Shown one piece after another: positions 34,801 to 46,119 of a stretch of DNA of 64,000 nucleotides (within the stretch, counting starts at the first letter, position 1; the number at the start of each line of letters is the position of its first letter). The DNA comes from Eledone cirrhosa (Eukaryota), in assembly GCA_964016885.1 (NCBI GenBank), contig OZ024742.1:235352001-235416000 (forward strand), given 5' to 3'. Both the position numbers and the translations under genes were made by a program. A model generated the notes under the pieces. The model saw only the letters and a list, made by a program, of their open reading frames with translations. It was not told where the DNA came from and made no database searches.

Positions 34801-37800
34801 TCTTGTTTTGAATATTTGAGGGCTATCCTGATTTGGAAATGAAATGAAATTAGTGTTAATTAATTGTTACCAAATATAGTTTAGTATACATGTGTTGAAA
34901 TTAATGTCTTAATAAAACAATTTATATTTAAATTTCATTTTAGGGACACATCAATAACAAAGGAATCCCATTAGAAGCATCTTTCAGTCCAGACTCACAA
35001 TTTGTTTTTTCTGGTGAGTATCAACCAATCTAATCCATCTTAACTTACTCCAGTGTGTGAAATAAAATGCTGAAGGGCTATCTTATGAATATATAATGAA
35101 AATTTGGAAATAATACTGAAAAATTTGCTATATCCTTAGAAGTATTAACTGGATGTAACAAATTACATACAATAGTTAACAATTTTAAAGTGTTTATATT
35201 TATCCAAAAACCTTCCATCATGATTTTATGTAAGAACCTTTAAGTTATGTTCCAAACACCAGCTTCATAATGAGAAAATTAATTTATATTATTAAATTAT
35301 TTGAAAATTGTAGGTAAAAATATAGTAACAAAAGGGCTATATGTAAAATTTTCGTTGTGATGAAAGAAAATATGTGAAAATAGATGCCAGAAACACTGGA
35401 AAATGGTATATTGAGCTCAATGGTTGATAGTAAATGAGTTTTAAAAATATAAAAGAAATTTTTTTTAATGGGGTAGTCAGATCTGGCTGTAGAGAATTTA
35501 TCCTCACTAAAGGTGAATAATTAGAAATAGTAGTACAAATCCTTCCAGCTGAAAACAGCATGGTAAGTGCAAATATAATTCCACTGATGATGTTTGATTT
35601 ATGTATGTTACGAAGTACATTTCGTAACTATGTGAATCTAGGTTCAAGACCACTCACTACATGGCATATTGGGTGTCTTATACTATAGCCTCGAGCAAAT
35701 CAGTGCCTTATGGGTGAATTTCTCAAACCCACAGAGTCTAGAAGGCAGAAACTGTTAGAAGGCTCATATATACATAAAAATAGAATAATCCTTGTCAAAA
35801 ATGTCATCATCATCATCATTTTACGTCCGCTTTTCCCTGCTTGCAAGGGTGGGACGGGTCTTATTCAGCACAGCATCTCTCCACTTGTCACTGTCCCTCG
35901 TCGTCTCCACCGTGAGCTTCAATGATCTGAGGTCTGTTCTCACCACCTCCGCCCATGTTTTTCATGGTCTACCTCTACCACGTCTTCCTTCAACTGGCAC
36001 TTCTTCACCCATCGGTCATCCTCCATGCGCATCACATGTTCATACCACCTCAGTCTCCTCCTGTACACTACATTCTATCCCTCTCAGACACAGTTTCTCT
36101 CTCAACACATTTATGCTGGGTCGTTCACGCACATTTACACTGCACATCCAACGGAGCATGCTTGCCTCATTTCTCTCCAGCCGTCGCATATCCTCTGCAG
36201 TTGCTGCCCATGTCTCACTACCATGCAGCATCGCGCTCCTCACACAGGCATCATACAACCGGCCTTTTGTACGCAGGGAGAAACCTTTCTTCGTCAACAG
36301 AGGAAGCAGCTCCCTAAACTTCTTCCAACCTGTCCTTATTCTAGATACTATGGCCTCGGAACACCCTCCTCCCATGCTAATCTGATCCAGGTATCGGAAG
36401 CTATCCACCACTTCTATAGCACCCTCCTGCATTTGAAAAAGGTGTCTATCAATGCGACTTCTACTGTCTAATTTCCCTGTACATCTACTGCATACATATT
36501 TCTCCCTACCTGTTAGTTTGCCTGCTATCCCGCTATATCTCTTGTGTACCCAGGATCTGCATTGTGTGCATTTTATAGAATTTAAAGTAAAAAATATTCA
36601 AATTAGTAATACCTTGATTACAACATTCTATGTAAAGATACTTGACTTTCTCCCTTTTGTCACTCCACCCATCACTGGATTTCATTTTAAATCACTTGCA
36701 ATAATTTTCTGTAATCATTATCAATCATATCTTCACTAAATTATGATGGTTTTGTTCTACGTATGAATCTATCTATCTTCAAACTGTTATTGGGATTTGG
36801 GCTTTGTTGTTATTGTTGTACATATCTGAACATTGGTAAATATACATAAAATTATAACTATAGATTGATAATCAGGTATGCAGGCAGACAGAACAAATAG
36901 AGAAATAGGTGGCAGGTAGATAGATATCATCATCATCATCATTTTTACGTCCCCTTTTCCCTGCTTGCAAGGGTGGGACGGGAACTGATTCTGGCTTGAT
37001 TTCTACAGCTAGATGCCCTTCCTAACACCAACCTCATTTACAGTGAGTGCTGGGTGCTTTTTTTTCCGTGGTACCTCTACGACCACTTTACAGTGTGGGC
37101 TGGGTGCTTTTTTGCAGTGGAATGATAGGGACCCCAGCCCCTATCATCTCATTTCTACAGCTGAGTAAACTGGAGCAATGTGAAATAAAGTGTCTTGCTC
37201 AAGGAAACAACACATCACCCGGTCTGAGAATTGAACTCACAACCTCTCGATTGCAAGGCCAATGCTCTATCCACTAAGCCATGTGCCTGATAGATTTTTT
37301 ATATATTGTTCAAAGGTAAATACATTGGTAGTTAGCTGCAGATTGTTACTGCATGTCTACTGAACATCTTGTTAACACAGAGAGAGATAGGTAAGGGGAA
37401 AATATCAAATTCCCATTTCTCTGTCATAGTTAGCACTAAGTAGTTGTCACAAACCTTGTTACAGAATTAAATGGTGATATATGTTTGTGTCAGAAGTTGC
37501 ATGCATCTCCACATCGAAAGCAAGTAGTGATATTTGTTTCTCATAAACACATATTGTACTTAAAAATAAAAAAGTATGGTTTGGCTTCAGGAAATGTCTT
37601 ATTCAACCCATGCCAGCATGAGTTGAAGAAAACATAAAATGGCAATGTTAATGATGTATTTTGCATTAACGATGGTTGTATATAATGAAGAAAAAATATG
37701 AAATATATAAAAAACAATATATAATGAATTCCTAATGCTTTTTTTTTTTACAAGTATGTTTATAAGAGAAATCAATTTATTTTTATTTATTTTTAATCAT

Positions 37801-39305
37801 ATTTATCTATTTATGTAATGGTAAATATCAGTTGTAAATATCAATTCTATACTTTTTTTTCACAGGATCTACCGATGGAAAAATCTATTGTTGGAGCACA
37901 GAAACAGGCAGCAAAGTTGCCGTGCTCAGTGCTGACCATCCTGGTCCAGTACAGTGTGTCCAGTTTAATCCCAAATACATGATGCTGGCAACAGCATGTA
38001 CAAACATGGTGAGTACAACCTGTATTAATTCTTATAATTTGTATGAAACATTGTGAAATAAGTCGTTAGGATTGTTTTTGGAAAGCCAATACAATGCAAG
38101 TTAGAAATACAACAGTGAAAATTAGAGTAAAGTAAGACAAACAAAACGCCAGTTTACATTTTACCCTTATATTTCTGAGTTAGGACCCCATTGTTTTATG
38201 AAAAGTAATAGTGATGACGAGCGGCAATAGAAGATGGGGAACATTTAATTGAAATATGTAAATTGGTTATGTTTTGGAAACCGCTACAATGCAGGCAGAG
38301 TTGTAAATATTAAGGCATCAAAATCAGGTGAAGAAGAAAAAATGAAAAGAACCAGATATAATGTTACTTTGGTAATATTTATTAGTTACTATATTTATGT
38401 ACTTTCCATTATCAAAGGAGCTGAAAGGAACTTCTGAGAATGTTGAAGAGGACTTTTGCATAGAAAGGTCTTCTCTGCCATTCTCTTCAGCCTCCTTGAT
38501 AATAGATAGTACTTCTGAAATATAGGAACTAATAAATATTTACAAGGCAACATTATCTCTGGTTCTTTTCCTTTTTTCTTCTTCTTAGTGAGATTGTCAA
38601 GTCTTTGATACAACTGAAGAGTCCTTCTGATTCTTTGTTTGGTAGGTTTTCTATGACTGAATGCTCTTCCTATCACCAACAACTATGAAAGTTGTCATGT
38701 CTATGACAAAATTGATGAGTCTTCCCCACCCTTTGTTTTCGCAAGTTTTCTACGACTGGATGCTCTGCCTCTTACCAACCACTTGACAGTGTACTGGGTG
38801 CATTTATTGTATAGATAGCTAGCGCTAAAAAGGTTGGCATGGTTTCTAGAGAGATGCCCTTTCTACCACAAAGCACCTTACAGCATGTACTGGGGGCAAT
38901 TTTTGCGGCACCAACACTAGAGTGGTTGTTGGTCGTTGACTTAACTCAAGAACCTCACTACAAGACTCTTCAAGCTATTTTCTTCGCTAAAGCAGGGTTT
39001 AGCCTTGCAGGCCCCATGGTAGGCAGTTCTTTTTTGAAGTGATATTTTACAGCTGGGTGCCTTTCCTGGTGCCAACCCTTTTTAATCATCTCTTACAGCA
39101 TGCGAGGATACAGTATACTTATTCTAAACCAGATACACACAGCACATATATATTATATTTATAATGGGTACACAACACTTAGAAATTTACTTTGAATTTC
39201 TTACAGATATGTTCAGTATAAAGCTAGTAATTCTCATTGATAACATTTATATCTATGCATTAAATATCTTTTCAGGCTTTCTGGTTGCCGTATGTTGATG
39301 AGTGA
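19683..39305 (+). CDS. WDR82: WD repeat-containing protein 82 (Swd2 ortholog, SET1/COMPASS and PNUTS-PP1 subunit), 9 coding exons, 313 aa
   Basis: join(19683-19843,23022-23119,25640-25706,29324-29423,31653-31769,33560-33715,34944-35013,37866-38008,39276-39305) = 942 nt, in frame. [25 protein letters not shown]...AFWLPYVDE* closely matches animal WDR82 as I recall it. Confidence 0.97.
21757..21930 (+). mobile_element. 3' fragment of CRE-like (restriction-like endonuclease) non-LTR element
   Basis: Degenerate ETSGV...[22 protein letters not shown], resembling the CRE C-terminal QR.S...RGNA motif. Confidence 0.65.
23022..23119 (+). CDS. WDR82: WDR82 exon 2 (GC donor)
   Basis: ccctccag|[34 protein letters not shown]|gcaagt. 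Confidence 0.93.
23535..25090 (-). mobile_element. Degenerate RTE-clade LINE (EN end plus RT pieces)
   Basis: [53 protein letters not shown], broken by stops and frameshifts. Confidence 0.8.
25262..25425 (+). mobile_element. tRNA-derived SINE
   Basis: A-box-like TGGCTTATGTGG, B-box GGTTCGATTCCC, then CCTTGAGCAGGACATTTTATTTCAC core shared with the copies at 37140-37288 and 42560-42740. Confidence 0.75.
25640..25706 (+). CDS. WDR82: WDR82 exon 3
   Basis: ttttcatag| (D)[21 protein letters not shown] |gtaagt. Confidence 0.96.
26390..27895 (-). mobile_element. Degenerate RTE/BovB-like LINE
   Basis: [33 protein letters not shown]. The left part is homologous to the 35804-36570 element. Confidence 0.8.
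28728..29125 (-). mobile_element. 3' fragment of RTE LINE, same family as 8577-9420
   Basis: [46 protein letters not shown], followed by ATAGAT. Confidence 0.9.
29324..29423 (+). CDS. WDR82: WDR82 exon 4
   Basis: tatcag| [33 protein letters not shown] |gtaatt. Confidence 0.96.
29688..31581 (-). mobile_element. Internally deleted RTE-like LINE with 11-bp target-site duplication
   Basis: [52 protein letters not shown] flanks at 29677-29687 and 31582-31592. Confidence 0.82.
31653..31769 (+). CDS. WDR82: WDR82 exon 5
   Basis: tttaag| [39 protein letters not shown] |gtaata. Confidence 0.96.
32627..33094 (-). mobile_element. Possible non-autonomous Helitron/Helentron-like element
   Basis: Minus strand begins ATCTTAACTATACTAAAG and ends in a hairpin plus CTGCTAGT. 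No coding evidence. Confidence 0.4.
33560..33715 (+). CDS. WDR82: WDR82 exon 6
   Basis: tttcag| [52 protein letters not shown] |gtaagt. Confidence 0.96.
33989..34505 (+). mobile_element. Internally deleted mariner transposon (Hsmar2/irritans-like)
   Basis: TA at both ends with imperfect TIRs (CAAAAGGCTTCAAAACGTTCGTGGAAAA / TTTTCCACAAACTTTTTGATGCCCTCTCG). N-terminal [18 protein letters not shown] is fused to C-terminal [24 protein letters not shown]. Confidence 0.85.
34944..35013 (+). CDS. WDR82: WDR82 exon 7
   Basis: ttttag| [24 protein letters not shown]|gtgagt. Confidence 0.96.
35804..36570 (-). mobile_element. 3' part of RTE/BovB-like LINE with (GAT)n tail
   Basis: [31 protein letters not shown], with a (CAT)n tail on the plus strand. 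Confidence 0.9.
36926..37288 (-). mobile_element. SINE(s): tRNA-derived head and RTE-derived 3' tail
   Basis: Head at ~37140-37288 is the reverse complement of the 25262 family. Tail at 36926-36981 matches the 3' UTR of the RTE at 35804. Confidence 0.7.
37866..38008 (+). CDS. WDR82: WDR82 exon 8
   Basis: tcacag| [47 protein letters not shown] |gtgagt. Confidence 0.96.
39276..39305 (+). CDS. WDR82: WDR82 exon 9 (terminal coding part)
   Basis: tttcag| [12 protein letters not shown]. Confidence 0.95.
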   Translation, partial: AFWLPYVDE

Positions 39306-40233
39306 AATATGACAGATACAAGAATGATTTTTAGCCCAGCTTAATCCAGTAATGACAGGCAACAGCTACCAGCACCTTCAGAACAGATGTACATAAAAAT
39401 TCTCACATAAATCAATTATCATTTCTCTTCATTCACCATTAGTGTTGTTTTTGGCTGTTAGGTCTCGCAAGAGACTAATTCTGGACTTTCTTATTTCTTG
39501 TTACTCTCACACTTGCTAGGGCTGAATATTGAACTCTAAGTTGAATGGTCTCTTCATTGTTGTCGAACAAATATCCATCATCCTTTACATGCGCCATTTT
39601 AGTCGTTCAGTAGCAGCAGCTAGGTGCATTGAGCACCTTTTATAATCCTTGTGTGATGTCCCCTTGCTACCCTGATTATTATTTGCAGCTTCCCTTTCTG
39701 GGAATATATGTAAATGTGTGTGTACTAATTTCTTTTTTAATAATCATTATCTTAGTTTCATAACATCTTGGATGCAAGATCAGTATGATTCTGATGAAAG
39801 GGTGCGCAGCAAGCTAGTGATTATCTGAAGGTAGCTTTGCATTGAACTGCCTTAATCTCTGTATAGTCTATTATATAGACAAGAGATTATTGTACTGTTA
39901 TGATTAGTTTATATTGTATGATTCACACCATCATTCATTACATTACATACCAGTAGACATCATTTATTCAACATTAATATACTAACTATATGAAGCATTT
40001 AGAAATATTAAATAAAAATGTAAAGAAAATTGACACCAGCATTAAGAATAAATGTTGACATGTGGATCATTGTTTGGACAATATAGTCAGAATAATTCCG
40101 CCTGCTATTTTGACCTTTAGATTTCAGTAAACTAAAACTTATGGTGATTTGTCTTAGATTAGTTGACTGATTATGGAACAGCAGGCTCAACTTTTTTTCT
40201 GTGATTGAATAAGATATCAGGGCTTTTTTAAAA

Positions 40234-40274
<41 letters not shown>

Positions 40275-42559
40275 TAAGACAAGACTTTCCTCTTTTTTTT
40301 AACTACTATTTAGCAAATATTCTATGACATAGATAGTAGTAACTAACATTTAACCGGAATGTTCATTTTCTTGTAACATCATTCTAGTTGCTCTTTCGTT
40401 TTACTCTGTTGAGAGTTGGGTGGTCATTACTAACCAGTATCTGGACAAATAGCCAGCTACAGCCCCTAAAATACTAATGCACAGAAGGCAGCATGGAACA
40501 TGATCCACTATCTAACATGGGGGCTATGACTATATCACTTTCACTTGTGTAGCATATATAAATTGTAGTATATATTTTAACATTAATAGTAAAGATTTTT
40601 GGAAAATGGCCATCACTCTTTCAAACATGTAAAACAAAAAATTTAGAAATATTTATCCACAAGTTGTTGATTTCCTCTTTATTCCTATACTTCTCTTAAG
40701 TGTCTTGATTCTACTAATAAATTGGAGTAAAGTATTTTGCTATTATGGTATAATTTGATTAATTCATTAGAAGATAACCTAATTTTCAGAATCTACAGTT
40801 TGAATTCTTAAAACATCAGTTTGAAATATCTATACTCAAAATATGACAATGCATTGCCAGATTTTATATGTAATAGATAAATAAAGATTTTATAACATGA
40901 ATTAGATAGGCTATTATTAGATCTAAAGATTTTATTTTCAAAAGGAGTAAAACCATAAGTAGCTTTTTTTTCTTTTGCCTCCAAATTTATTAGATGTATT
41001 ATATCTGATTGAAATGTGCTTTTTATTATAATAATCTAAAACCTTACACTTACCCTTCTGTGCTTTTTATTCTGTTATTTTTTTTAAAAAACTTTTTGCA
41101 AGTATTAATGTAATCAGTTGACTCGGAACAGAGAAGAAACAACTAATTTTAGTGCATGAATTGTATATCCAAATCACTATTAACCACATCTAAACACTAT
41201 GTATCTAAATCTTCTCAATTACTTTTGATATATATTTGAATCTCACATTTAGTTTTTTGTTTTTTGTTTTTACCAAAATATCTGGAGCCATTCTGAAATG
41301 TATAAAAGTGTTTCCTAAGACTAAAATTGTTTCTAATAGGATAGCCATTTTGGTATCCAAAGTACAATTTGTATTCAAAATTTGCTAGAGGAACAAAAAT
41401 TATGTTAAGTTACAAATTGTTTTTTTTTTTATAAGAGTGCTAATAAAAGTTACTAATATTCTAATTATTAATGCTAAACGTTTTGTAAGTATTACATTTT
41501 CTCAGGACTTTATTTTTTTTGTCACTAAATCAGATTTTTAAAAAAATTGTATTTCAAAGTCAAACTTTTTTAACTACTTGAAACATATTCCAGTTGTTCT
41601 TGTTTATGGTTGAGGAGGTTTAATCATTTGAAAATACTATGTTAAAATTTTAATAGAGCAAATCTGGATTTCTTGAAAGTTTTTTTCTTTTTAATTTTAA
41701 AAAAAACTTTTTGAAGGTGTTATTGCCTACAATTTGTAATTACTCATATTGAGAAGTTTAATTTAAAATGACAACAATCCCATCCCCATGGAATAAATTA
41801 AAAAAGGTTATACTTTTATACTCCTAACTTAACAGAGTTTATGTGCTTTCAATAGTTTTAGTTTAATTTTTTTTTTTTTTTTTTTTCTATTTCAAGCTGG
41901 AAAAATATAGTTTTTATTAGATTTTTACTTTCTGGTTATCTAAATAGTTTTAGAATTAATTACTTTGTTTAATCAATAATGTTATAGTTAATATGAGCAT
42001 TTTCAACAGCTATTTAAATATTTTTACTGTGATGTGTCAAAAGTGGTTTAATTTTAATGTTTTCATTGACTGATATTTTAAACTTTTATTTAAACTCTTT
42101 ACCTGCTCACAATATCTTTTTAGTTTTACAACTTGTTTAGTGATTCCAATATTTCTGATAAATGTTGTATTTATTAACTCTGATGTGCTACACCTTGTGG
42201 CTAAAGCAAATGGCAAATTTTTGTTCTATATGGCTTTATAATAATAGCATTTAAATGATGCTGAATGTATATTTTCTAGCACTGTTCTTGAATTTTGCCA
42301 CTGTCTTCCTTCCATGTCTTAACAATATAATACCATCTGAGGAAGAGGCATGTTCTAATGACTTAGGTGTTCAGTGTTGTCTGCCATAGATACCTATGCA
42401 TGTAATACTGATATGTATAGGAAGCAATTTCTCACATTTTATTCCCCCATTCATATTTCAATTTTGTAATAAAATTCAAGAAAAAGACCTGTTGATAGTT
42501 TACATTCTTTTGTATATTTTATTTCTGCTGTTTTCCTTTCAGTAATAATGTTGGTAAAG

Positions 42560-42740
42560 ATGTGAAGCTTAATGGTCAGGATGTTTGGCTCAATCATAGA
42601 GTTTGATTCTCGCAGTGTGTTGTTTCCCGGAGCAAGATATTTTATTTCAGATTGCTTTAATCTACTCAGCTGGCAAAAATGATTAGTACATGTAATTCAA
42701 AGGCCCAGCCTTGTCACACACTGTGTCATGCTGAATTTCC
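42560..42740 (+). mobile_element. tRNA-derived SINE (degenerate)
   Basis: GAGCAAGATATTTTATTTCA..ACTCAGCTGG core, as in the 25262 copy. Confidence 0.65.
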
Positions 42741-42807
42741 TTAAGACTACTTTAATAATTTCAATACCAAACCACCTCTGGTTCTATGACAGTTGTTTTA
42801 AAGTGTT

Positions 42808-43242
42808 TATCATCATCATCATCATTTTACGTCCGCTTTTCCCTGCTTGCAAGGGTGGAACGGGTCTTATTCAGCACAGCATCTCTCCACTCGTCACGGT
42901 CCTTCGTCATCTCCACTGTGAGCTTCAATGATCTGAGGTCTGTTCTCACCACCTCCGCCCATGTTTTTCGTGGTCTACCTCTACCACGTCTTCCTTCAAC
43001 TGGCATTTCCTGGTACTTCTTCACCCATCGGTCATCCTCCATGTGCATCACCTGTCCATACCACCTCAGTCTCCTCTCCCGTACACTACATTCTATCCCT
43101 CTCAGACACAGTTTCTCTCTCAACACATTTATGCTGGGTCGTTCACGCACATTTACACTGCACATCCAACGGAGCATGCTTGCCTCATTTCTCTCCAGCC
43201 GTCGCATATCCTCTGCAGTTGCTGCCCATGTCTCACTACCAT
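42808..43242 (-). mobile_element. 5'-truncated RTE/BovB-like LINE, near-identical to the 35804 copy
   Basis: [45 protein letters not shown], (GAT)n tail. Confidence 0.92.
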
Positions 43243-44689
43243 TTATATAAAACCTTTCCATCGTAATTTTATATAAGAAACTTTCATTCCAAACACCAGC
43301 TTAATGAGAAATTTTGAAAGTCACAGGCAGTTGTTTTTCATTAGAAAAATGGATAAGGAACTGTTAAGTCCATGCGCAGGCTGTTCTATTAATTGAATCA
43401 AGTGGACCACTTATCAGAACCAATGGAGGTCCAACATCAATGACAAAACAGTAGGGTCCACTTATATTTCATAATCTAGAAGTAGTTAACTGAAATTAAC
43501 TGCTGTCCATTAACAGAGCTGGGTGATAAATATGAGTTTATCTTCCTTCATTAGCAATCTCACTTTTCATCCTTCTTACCTCCCCCATTTGGTAGAGAGG
43601 GCTCTTCAGCTGAGTCAATGACCAACAACCTCTAGTACTTGTGCCACAGAAAATGCACCCAGTACACTTGTAAGGTGGTTAATGATAGGAAGGATATCCA
43701 GCTGTAGAAACCATGCTAAAATGTAGGACGTGAACAAAACTTGGTTCTCTGATCTATTTAGTTTTGGGTCGTAATATCCTATCCAACCCATGCCAATATG
43801 GAAAGTGGATGTAAAATGATGTTGCCAAATCTCTACAGATAAATGTTTCATGGAAAAAAAATAATCAAACCATGCAACAGTCCCAAATGCTGAAATTAAA
43901 ACAATATGTAACATCTAGCCATGGATAGCTCATATTAAAATATTGAAACCTACATCAAAAGTAGATTCCTTTAGAATCAAGAATAGGCACGGCATGTCAT
44001 AACACTTCCTTACAATCAAGAATTACTTAGCATCTGAGAAGTTGATTCTACAAAATCCAATCAAAGAGAAGCACAGCTCTTAAATCTGAAATTTTGCACA
44101 TTCCAGCCATTGACATCTTAGAATGTATTCCAAAGAAAAACAATTGTCTGATATATTGTTGAAATTCTCAGTTTACTTAAAATCTTTAATCCAGCTACTT
44201 ATATTATATCAAAATAACAAATGCACTTCCACTTTTCTCTTTATAAAGTGAAACACAGATAAGTGTCTGTATATGCGTGTGTGTATTATAAATCGTATAC
44301 ATGAAAATCAATGCACAGCCTTAAGTTTCATGATCTGACTTAGTGGGAAAAGGAGAGTTAATTAGAAATTTGGGTGTGCATAGAGGGAAAGAAAATGGAT
44401 ACTCATTTTTGTGTGGGTAAGTAAGTGTTTGTATATGTCCTATTGTTGATAAGTAAGTCAGGTCACTTCCAAGTGTGACATTATGATGGATGAGATGGTG
44501 TTAAGAAGAGTATTGGCATGTAGGATGAATATTTTGTTGGGTTTTGTACTTCTCCAAATTGTATCCATTTTCTCTGCATCTGCCCATCCAAACTATTATA
44601 AGTTAATTGAAAACAAATCTTTTTTACCCTAGATATTCGTTTACTTATTCTTGGGAGGGTCGTGAAGGTTGAGTCCTCAGACATACTTT

Positions 44690-45560
44690 CCAGAAGTTCT
44701 TAACAGAAGCACATCCGCTGCAACAACCACCCCATCTCAATCCAATTTTAGGAGGTCAAATGTCCGTGTCCGAGGTCTTGATGGCAATCGGTGCAAAGAA
44801 GAAGCAGCTGGACCAGCCCTGATATTTGCTTGTCTTCCTGTCCTCTGCATTGAGGGCTGCGGGACCAGGGATTGTGGCTAAGGCAAAAACGTGTCACAGC
44901 ATGTCATGTCCCAGATGACAGATTTACCGCCTTCAAAAGGGAAGAGGATAATTTCATTGGGATACTTGGTATTCATGATCGAGGCCTGCTGGCTCGTTGT
45001 GATGGGAAGCCAGCTGCATCGAGGCTCCTCATTATGTTTCTCAAAGTGGCATGTCAAGGGAACCAGCCTGCACTCTGTTGACATGATTATGGGCGCGGGC
45101 CAAACTCGTAGACGACAGTCCACAGTGGCATTTATGTGGCTCAGACATTGGGCGACTTCAATGCAAGTGCATTTGTCATCAAGAAGGGTACCAGTTGATG
45201 AGGGCACTGAATTGAGCAATGTACTACTATTTAGCTGCAAGGTAGAACAGAGGCAGTGTTGGTCCAAGTCAGACATGATCCACCTGAAGGAAGACCTGCA
45301 CTGAATGTTATCCCAGTTATGTTGGACATTTGTATATTGAGGCTGGAAAGGCCTGCACAGACCATCCACTCTACCACAGCTGCTCCCTGGGAAGGATCTC
45401 AGAGCAGCTAATGCATCCTCACTTTACAAGACCGAAGAAAGATTACTGTCTGGGGTTTGGCCATCCCTGATGTCGACTGGGGAGGGTCCAGGTGTTTATG
45501 ACAGAGTGCTTCTAGGATGTCGTTCAATACCAGCACATATACCACAGCCAAAATATCGCC
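44690..45560 (-). mobile_element. Degenerate CRE-like non-LTR element (RLE domain region)
   Basis: VPSSTGTLLD, FPFEGGKSVIWDMTCCDTF, AALNAEDRKTSKY..FAPIAIKTS. Confidence 0.7.
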
Positions 45561-46119
45561 CTCTGTTTCATGTTTATCACCCTTTGTTTCATGTTTTGCA
45601 TGGTTTCTACAAGGTGCCCTTCCTAACATTAGGCATGCAAAACATGATCCCCTTACCTGACTAGTTGCAAATATATATATATATATATTATCATCACCGT
45701 TTAACATCCATTTTTCTAATACTCATGATTAAAGTGGAGCAAAGAAGACAATAAAACAGTACACAGCTATCATATTTTGGCACAAGTCAATGGTTATAGA
45801 AGAGGAGCTGAAATGAGAGCACTCCAATTTTGACAAAATTTTGGTATGTCTAGAATCTCTGACTAGATTGATGGGTCAAGATAGATAACATATTTCTCAG
45901 GTGACTAATGCCTTGTAAGAGAATTTGGCAATGGAAACTAAGAAATTTGTTTTATATATATATGTCATCTGATCTGGCTTGTCTCACAATGGGACAACTC
46001 ATCTAACCCATGCTAGCATGGAAAAATAGATGTTAAACAGTGATGATGATATATATATGTAGTAAAATATTGGTGGTTGTGAAAAAGGAAAACAGTGATG
46101 CACCAGGAAGTATATATAT

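Noticed and set aside
39786-39830. TGATGA...CTGA resembling a C/D snoRNA or hammerhead core
   Set aside because: Spacing too short for a snoRNA, and no GAAA or stems for a hammerhead
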